The notes under the pieces: model-generated
Database searches by the model: none
The model's input: only the letters and a program-made list of their open reading frames with translations
What the model was told of the DNA's origin: nothing
From: an uncultured Verrucomicrobiota bacterium
GTDB taxonomy: Bacteria; Verrucomicrobiota; Kiritimatiellia; RFP12; UBA1067
NCBI GenBank assembly: GCA_945834475.1
Contig: CAMAHK010000001.1
Span: 18,175 to 82,174 of the forward strand
Direction of reading: 5' to 3'
DNA: 64,000 nucleotides
Made by a program: the position numbers and the translations under genes
Part shown: piece by piece, positions 58,466 through 64,000 of the stretch
Layout: each line of letters opens with the position of its first letter
Numbering within the stretch: the first letter of the stretch is position 1

Positions 58466-59824
58466 ATGACCCAAGGGCGAATCCGAGTTCTGGCTCTGAT
58501 GATCTCCGACATGCTGTGCATGTCGATTGTCTGGGTTGTAGTGGTGAATGTCTACAAGTGGTTCGGATTCGGTCACTATCACGCCTCTGCCTATTGGAAT
58601 GCCTGGCCGGCGGTTCTTGTCTTCGTGCTGATCAACAGCCTCTTCCGCCTGTATCATGGCCATCCGTTTTATCCCTCGGTTGCGCTCTCGCCGGTGGAAG
58701 AGTTTCGCCGTCTTGTGGGCAGCGCCCTTGGCGTACATGTGCTGGTGATGGCGGTCCTCGGCTTTCGTCAGGAAAGTGAGGCGATTTCACGATTCGTTCT
58801 CGTAACGTCTGCGATTGGCGTTTGCGTGTTTGCGCAGTTCTTCCGCAATGGGGTTCGCTATCTTCTCTTTCGCATAAGAGTCGGACAGATCCCTGTCTTG
58901 ATCGTTGGTTCGGGGAGAATCACCAAGGCGCTGGTCGCCGATTTACAAGCGAATCCGCACCAGGGCCTGCGGCCGATCCTGTTCACGGGTGATAATCATG
59001 AGATTGTCGCAGCAGCGCGACGGAAGGACATCAAGATCCTGATCTCGACGCAAGACATCCGACTTTTGCGCGAAGAGATGGGCACGCTTGTGCAATGGTT
59101 TCAGCAGATCGCCTACTTGCCCGAGCGAGAGGCGTTCCCGATCCTGGGCTCGCGGCCGATTCATCTCGGTGATCATGGTGGCCTTGAAATGGTCAATCAG
59201 CGCCGCTTGCGCGGCCTGCAGATTGAAAAGCGATTGGTTGATACCATGTTGGCGATGGTCATTGGTTTCGTCACCTTGCCGTTCTTTGTCGTGGTGCCAA
59301 TCCTGATCAAATTGACGAGCCGAGGGCCGGTCATCTACAAGGCGAAGCGCCTGGGGAAAACCGGGCGGACGATTTATGTGTGGAAGTTCCGCTCGATGTA
59401 TGTCGACGCTGACAAGCGGCTACAGGCGTTGTTAGATTCAGATTCCGCGCTCAAGGCTGAATTCGAGGAGGCCTTCAAGCTGAAGAATGATCCGCGCGTG
59501 ACGCCCCTCGGGAAATTTCTCCGCAAAACCTCGATTGACGAGTTGCCGCAGCTCTGGAACGTGATTTGCGGTGAGATGGCGCTTGTGGGGCCGCGTCCGA
59601 TTGTGAAGAAGGAAGTTGCCTATTACGGAGCCGATTATGAAATCTTCTCCCTCATGAAACCGGGCATCACGGGCCTCTGGCAGTGCTCTGGTCGCAGCAA
59701 TGCCGACTACGCGCAGCGCGTCGCCCTCGACAAGTTCTATGTTCTCAACTGGAGCCCCTGGATGGATCTCTGGATCGTCCTTCGAACTATCGTTGCCGTC
59801 GTCGGCATGAGGGGAAGCTGTTGA
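58466..59824 (+). CDS. Polyprenyl-phosphate hexose-1-phosphate transferase (WbaP/bacterial sugar transferase family), initiating enzyme
   Basis: N-terminal TM bundle. C-terminal KRLGKTGRTIYVWKFRSM, DELPQLWNVICGEMALVGPRP, PGITGLWQCSGRS. Confidence 0.85.
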   Translation: MTQGRIRVLALMISDMLCMSIVWVVVVNVYKWFGFGHYHASAYWNAWPAVLVFVLINSLFRLYHGHPFYPSVALSPVEEFRRLVGSALGVHVLVMAVLGFRQESEAISRFVLVTSAIGVCVFAQFFRNGVRYLLFRIRVGQIPVLIVGSGRITKALVADLQANPHQGLRPILFTGDNHEIVAAARRKDIKILISTQDIRLLREEMGTLVQWFQQIAYLPEREAFPILGSRPIHLGDHGGLEMVNQRRLRGLQIEKRLVDTMLAMVIGFVTLPFFVVVPILIKLTSRGPVIYKAKRLGKTGRTIYVWKFRSMYVDADKRLQALLDSDSALKAEFEEAFKLKNDPRVTPLGKFLRKTSIDELPQLWNVICGEMALVGPRPIVKKEVAYYGADYEIFSLMKPGITGLWQCSGRSNADYAQRVALDKFYVLNWSPWMDLWIVLRTIVAVVGMRGSC

Positions 59825-59911
59825 GATGCGCTGGCTTGCGGTCTGGTTCGGTTGTGTTCTGTCCGAGCTTGATGTGGGGGCTGTCCCTCGATTCACTACG
59901 CGGATGAAATA

Positions 59912-59920
59912 TGATATAAT
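59912..59920 (+). promoter_or_regulatory. Extended -10 box TGaTATAAT, 8 nt upstream of the GTG at 59929
   Basis: Part of the conserved block ATGAAATATGATATAATACAC (59904-59924), which is shared with 39371-39391. Confidence 0.4.
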
Positions 59921-59928
59921 ACACCTAT

Positions 59929-60359
59929 GTGAAGCCGATTGCGACAGATACATATAATTTCAAAGGGTTGATAACTCGAGGGTACACATATGTCGATAAG
60001 ACAGAAGTGTTGTACCCTCTTATCAATGATTCTATCGGTTTTTATCAGTTTGGAGCATTGCGCAAATACGATCTCGGCTTCCCGAATCTGGAGTGCAGAA
60101 TTCCTTTATCACGAAATTGGCGCCTGCTTATACGGGACTCGAACCGTCTACCGCAGAATCGGCGCAGATTGCGGCCGCAGAGGCGATGGAGCAGATTAAG
60201 GGCAAGGATTACGCGGGCAAATACGCGCTTTCAGGTAAGCGTATGACACTCATTGGCATCTCTTTCTCGTCCGAAAAGCGCACGATTGTCGAAGAGATTG
60301 TGGATGAGATGGAGGGAGAAGATACGAGGGACGAGGGAGAAGGTAAGAAGGTAAAATGA
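59929..60359 (+). pseudogene. Internally deleted, frameshifted remnant of an AAA-ATPase_like/PDDEXK_9 gene (copy 3)
   Basis: The family N-terminus MKPIATDTYNFKGLITRGYTYVDKTEVLYPLI is present (compare MKPIVTDTYDFPTLIEYGYVYVDKT). The P-loop and nuclease core are absent. The C-terminal tail is in another frame (60093-60359: ..AMEQIKGKDYAGKY..RMTLIGISFSSEKRTI). Confidence 0.75.
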
Positions 60360-61750
60360 TTCTGAAGCATCGAGATAAAGAGCTGTTGCGGTTTGAGTGG
60401 ATCGAACCGCAAGGGGTTCGCATTGTCTCGGCGAATGAACAGAATGCCCGTTTCCTGCCGCTTGATTTTAAGGGCGAGGTTTCTGACGAAAATCTGTGGA
60501 AGTGGTTGTCGCGCCGCGTAGTGCCGCGTAACAGGCGTAATATTGATGTGCTGATGGCGGCGACAGGCCTTGATTCGCGAAATGTTCGCGGTATTATTGA
60601 GATTTGCCGTGGCTTGTCGTTAAATGATGTGTATTGGGTTGTGCCGAACGACTTTAAAGGGAAGTGGAAAGATTTCAACCTTTACGATAATGAATTTTCT
60701 CAAGCGATTGCGCTTACGGCTTTTAATGGAATGGGGTCTTCTGTTGAGCGTCTTGATTGGATTTCCTCGCCTGAATTTTCAACAAATGGGATGCTCGCAA
60801 AATGCTGGCGGAGAATAGCTGGAAAGGTTTGCCTTTTTAAATCAGGAACGGAAGGTGCAGCCAATACGGGATTTGAGCCGTATTCCGAATATTACGCCTC
60901 TCAGATTGCTGCCGCGATGGGGCTAAATCACGTCGAATATTCACTCAATAAGTTTAAAGGCTATTTGTGCTCCAATTGCAATATATTTACGAGCGATAAG
61001 TTTGGATATCTGCCGGCTGGTAGAGTTTTGAGCGTGGAAGAGGCGCTATGTAATGAGCGTTTTGCTGATATTTTCTTTTTTGACGCGATCATATTTAATA
61101 CAGACCGACATCTCGGCAATTTCGGGTATTTGATCGATAATGATAAAAACGAAATAATCGGCGCCGCGCCAATATTTGATAACGGTTACGGACTATTTTC
61201 GCTTGCACTCAATCGTCCAGGCGACAAGCTTGATGAATTTTCTGATTTAACGAAATATGTTTCGCGGGTAAAGCCTGCGCTTTATTCCAAGTGGCTTGGA
61301 TTCCCGGGTGGCATTACAAAAACGATGCTTAAGCGGATGAAAGCATTGAAGGGCTTTCGCTTTAAGCGGCATAAATATTACAATTTGCCGCAGGATAGGC
61401 TCATTGCGATAGAGAAGTTCCTTCAGAAGCGTATCTTGCAGATTGAAGAATTTGGCGAAAAGGCTGATGATGTATTCAACGTGTCGGCAAAAAGTGGCAC
61501 TGTAAATTCTGTAAATGGCGAATCGTTGGCATTGCAAATAATTACTAATCTTAAAGCCGATCCGTTTGTCAGCTATGATGAATTGTCGGAACTGTTGGGT
61601 ATGCCTCGCAGGACGGTAGCAAGGCGGATGAAAGAGTTGGCCGATGCTGACAGAATCCGTCGCGTTGGAGCCGCGAAGAACGGCTATTGGGAAGTTTTGT
61701 GTGGAGAAGAAGGGACGATGGAAGATGATAATGCTGATGCAGATTTTTAA
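60356..61750 (+). CDS. HipA-like Ser/Thr kinase-fold protein with C-terminal winged-HTH
   Basis: HipA_C-type catalytic motif IIFNTDRHLGNFGYL...APIFDNGYGLF. C-terminal LSELLGMPRRTVARRMKELADADRIRRVGAAKNGYWEV. ATGA overlap with the end of the remnant's C-terminal frame. Confidence 0.7.
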   Translation: MILKHRDKELLRFEWIEPQGVRIVSANEQNARFLPLDFKGEVSDENLWKWLSRRVVPRNRRNIDVLMAATGLDSRNVRGIIEICRGLSLNDVYWVVPNDFKGKWKDFNLYDNEFSQAIALTAFNGMGSSVERLDWISSPEFSTNGMLAKCWRRIAGKVCLFKSGTEGAANTGFEPYSEYYASQIAAAMGLNHVEYSLNKFKGYLCSNCNIFTSDKFGYLPAGRVLSVEEALCNERFADIFFFDAIIFNTDRHLGNFGYLIDNDKNEIIGAAPIFDNGYGLFSLALNRPGDKLDEFSDLTKYVSRVKPALYSKWLGFPGGITKTMLKRMKALKGFRFKRHKYYNLPQDRLIAIEKFLQKRILQIEEFGEKADDVFNVSAKSGTVNSVNGESLALQIITNLKADPFVSYDELSELLGMPRRTVARRMKELADADRIRRVGAAKNGYWEVLCGEEGTMEDDNADADF

Positions 61751-62552
61751 TATTTTATCTTTGCCTATTATTGCCTTGCGGCATCGCGATCTTTTGATTC
61801 AGATGACGCGACGCAATATGGAACAGCGCTATCGCGGTTCGGTGTTGGGCATTGTCTGGAGCTTCGTACAGCCGCTTATGATGTTGTGTGTTTACACATT
61901 TGTCTTCAGCGTTGTTTTTAAGGCACGTTGGGGTGTTGGCACTGGCGACGGTAAGGGGGCTTTTGCCGTGATTATGTTCTGCGGCATGGCGATGTACAAC
62001 CTTTTCTCTGAGGCTGTTAACGGTTCGTGTGGCGTCATTGTCGGAAACCAGAATTTGGTTAAGAAGGTGATTTTCCCGTTGGAGATCTTGCCGCTTGCTC
62101 AAACGCTTTCGACATTCATTCTCGGGTTGCCGTGGTTTGTTTTGTTGTTTGGTGGAGCCTATTTCATCCTTGGAGCGATCGGTTGGACGATGCTCCTTCT
62201 GCCGTTTGTTCTGATTCCACTTGTGATGTTTTCCTTGGGCGTGTCATACATCGTCGCATCGTTGGGTGTGTACGTACGCGATACACAGTACGCAATCGGA
62301 GTCATCTTGCAGATTCTTTTTTTTGCAACACCGATCTTTTATCCGATTAGTGCCGTTCCCGAGCGATTTCGCATCTACCTTGAGGCGAATCCGTTGACGG
62401 TGATGATTGAGCAGGCTCGCAATGTCTTTCTCTACGGGAAGCTCCCCGACTGGACGTATCTCGGCATTGCCTTTGCGATTTCGTTGATTGTTCTTCAATT
62501 CGGCTATTTCTTCTTTGCCCGCACCAAGAGGGGTTTTGCCGACGTACTTTGA
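61725..62552 (+). CDS. wzm: ABC-2 type polysaccharide export permease (Wzm/KpsM/TagG-like)
   Basis: LIQMTRRNMEQRYRGSVLGIVWSFVQPLMML, NLVKKVIFPLEILP, and six hydrophobic segments. One of three clustered ATGs (61725, 61731 or 61737) is the start. Overlaps the HipA-like 3' end. Confidence 0.75.
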   Translation: MIMLMQIFNILSLPIIALRHRDLLIQMTRRNMEQRYRGSVLGIVWSFVQPLMMLCVYTFVFSVVFKARWGVGTGDGKGAFAVIMFCGMAMYNLFSEAVNGSCGVIVGNQNLVKKVIFPLEILPLAQTLSTFILGLPWFVLLFGGAYFILGAIGWTMLLLPFVLIPLVMFSLGVSYIVASLGVYVRDTQYAIGVILQILFFATPIFYPISAVPERFRIYLEANPLTVMIEQARNVFLYGKLPDWTYLGIAFAISLIVLQFGYFFFARTKRGFADVL

Positions 62553-62556
62553 TGCG

Positions 62557-64000
62557 ATGAGCCAGTTTAGAATCTTTATTTCGAGTGTCCAGAGCGAATT
62601 TTCCGAAGAGCGAATTCGTTTGAAGGCCTACATTGAGAACAGTCCGTTCCTCAGACGATTCTTTTCCGTGTTTGTCTTTGAGTCGGACATACCGCCTCAA
62701 GACAAGCGAGCAGATGAGGTCTATCTGGAAGTGTTGTCGGAGTGCAATGTTTATCTTGCTTTGGTTGGCGACTTCTATGCTGGTTCCGATACGGTTTCGA
62801 TCTCGCCCACTGAACGAGAATATGACGAGGCGACGCGTCTTGGTCTGCGGCGAATAGTCTTGGTCAAAAGCGATTCGTCACAACGTGACGATCGTGAGCG
62901 GAAGTTTCTGGACAAGATTTCCGGCGCTTTGACGTGGCATGAATTCTCAGATTCGCAGGCGTTGCTAAACTGGACTCTCGCGGCCCTGGACAAGGTTATG
63001 TGCGAAGAAGGCCTTTATCGAATGCTGCCGTTCGACAGGACGGAGTGTAGGGGGGCAACGCAGAAGGACCTCGATGAAGAACGGATTCGCTGGTTTGTTG
63101 ATAAGGCGCGAAAAGAGCGCAATTTCGCACTGCCTTTGAATGCACCGATCGATGATATTCTGACGCATCTTAATCTTAAGAGTGACACGGGCGGGTTGAC
63201 GAATGCTTCAGTGTTGCTATTTGGCAAGGAACCGCAGCGGTGGCATCTGACCAGTGAGGTCAAATGCGTTCACTGGCACGGTGTGGCGCGGGTCAAGCCG
63301 ATTCGCAGTTACAAGGTCTTCAAGGGTACGCTTTTCCAGTTGGCAGATCAGGCCATTGAGTTTGTGATGGCTAAGCTTGACTATTCGGTCGGTGTGCGCA
63401 GTCATGGACCGCAGGTTGACCGCAGTTATGACATCCCTGAAGAGGTTGTTGCCGAGGCAATTATCAATGCCATTGCCCACCGCGATTATCTGAATACAGG
63501 CAGCGTGCAGATTGAACTATTTCCCGATCGGTTGGAGGTTTATAATCCCGGTACGCTTAATCCCGCGCTGACAAAAGAGAAGCTGATGGTACGCCACGGT
63601 TCCTTCCCGAATAATCCCTTGATGGCCGAGTCGCTTTATCTGACGCGATACATAGAACGGTTAGGGAGCGGTCTTACGGATCTGATTAGTCGTTGCCGCG
63701 AGGCTGGACTTCCGGATCCTGAGCTCCACATCGATCCTTTTGAGTTTGGCATTGTTATTAAGCGTAGGATCGTGGATGCCGTAAATCCGCCTGTAAATCC
63801 GCCTGTAAATCCGCCTGTAAATCCGCCTGTAATGACGATTGATCAGTTGCCGGCGAAATATTCGGATCTAGTAGACTATTTGGCGAAGAATCCGCATGCG
63901 ACTTATGACGACATGTCCCGCTACATTAAAAAGAATCGGGATACAGTGAGAAAATATCTTAGGGTGCTTCGAGATTCGTATACTGTCATCAGGCGAGTCG
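62557..64000 (+). CDS. DUF4062-like N-domain + AlbA_2/HATPase_c_4 ('RecG-like' ATPase/transcription-regulator family) protein, 3'-partial
   Basis: This ORF is not in the supplied track because it has no stop inside the window. I translated it by hand from the ATG at 62557 and found no in-frame stop to nt 64000. N-terminus FRIFISSVQSEFSEERIRLKAYI. Also AIINAIAHRDYLNTGSVQIELFPDRLEVYNPGTL, a (VNPP)4 linker, and a wHTH-like tail. Confidence 0.7.
   Translation, partial: MSQFRIFISSVQSEFSEERIRLKAYIENSPFLRRFFSVFVFESDIPPQDKRADEVYLEVLSECNVYLALVGDFYAGSDTVSISPTEREYDEATRLGLRRIVLVKSDSSQRDDRERKFLDKISGALTWHEFSDSQALLNWTLAALDKVMCEEGLYRMLPFDRTECRGATQKDLDEERIRWFVDKARKERNFALPLNAPIDDILTHLNLKSDTGGLTNASVLLFGKEPQRWHLTSEVKCVHWHGVARVKPIRSYKVFKGTLFQLADQAIEFVMAKLDYSVGVRSHGPQVDRSYDIPEEVVAEAIINAIAHRDYLNTGSVQIELFPDRLEVYNPGTLNPALTKEKLMVRHGSFPNNPLMAESLYLTRYIERLGSGLTDLISRCREAGLPDPELHIDPFEFGIVIKRRIVDAVNPPVNPPVNPPVNPPVMTIDQLPAKYSDLVDYLAKNPHATYDDMSRYIKKNRDTVRKYLRVLRDSYTVIRRV
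63781..63831 (+). repeat. Four exact copies of 12-nt unit GTAAATCCGCCT (coding VNPP)
   Basis: Read directly, in-frame with the CDS starting at 62557. Confidence 0.95.

Noticed and set aside
1-64000. Search for tRNA, rRNA, tmRNA, RNase P and SRP RNA genes in the intergenic regions
   Set aside because: None of the intergenic stretches (28818-29241, 30337-31048, 34501-34614, 39313-39393, 45420-45487, 51003-51187, 59825-59928) shows the conserved cores I know for these RNAs. Those cores are the tRNA T-loop GTTCGAATC with a cloverleaf, the RNase P GAGGAAAGTCC, the tmRNA termini and the SRP GGAA helix-8 motif.

Overview
High-GC bacterial chromosomal window (sampled 60-nt lines: about 68% GC near 5.2 kb, 45% near 48.3 kb, 38% near 61.0 kb). 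Every gene I call confidently is on the + strand. The long minus-strand ORFs look like GC shadow frames. Gene content suggests a PVC-group organism (Verrucomicrobiota, Lentisphaerota or Kiritimatiellota-like); this is inference. The supporting genes are an Akkermansia Amuc_1098-1102-like PilM/secretin cluster, a giant thrombospondin-type-3 repeat protein and a Listeria-Bacteroides-repeat protein.

Layout:
(i) 1-13158: the last 13 kb of a giant (>4,385 aa) surface protein.
(ii) A PARP-motif DUF3990-like / DUF3791-like gene pair.
(iii) ackA-pta-kdsD, separated by long inverted arrays built from 7-9-nt units.
(iv) A five-gene pilus/secretin-like cluster, then a 1,052-aa repeat protein. That protein shares a C-terminal ...SLV...W...FYKVEVxQ module with the giant protein.
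(v) A RAYT/IS200-like Y1 transposase gene punctuated by four copies of a 31-nt hairpin, next to a decayed extra copy of the shared C-terminal module.
(vi) coaE-rho-ybeY plus envelope and housekeeping genes.
(vii) 37-64 kb: a glycan (LPS/O-antigen/capsule-type) locus with a lower-GC core. AAA-ATPase/PD-(D/E)XK (PDDEXK_9-type) genes recur here three times, each directly followed by a kinase-like or NDK-like gene. The locus also holds HipA-like, DUF234-type ATPase and DUF4062-AlbA_2-like genes.

Two families of short GC-rich palindromic repeats sit in-frame inside coding genes (kdsD, rho, a kinase-like gene). I recognised no rRNA, tRNA or CRISPR array. All homology statements come from motif recognition by eye and memory, not from database searches.
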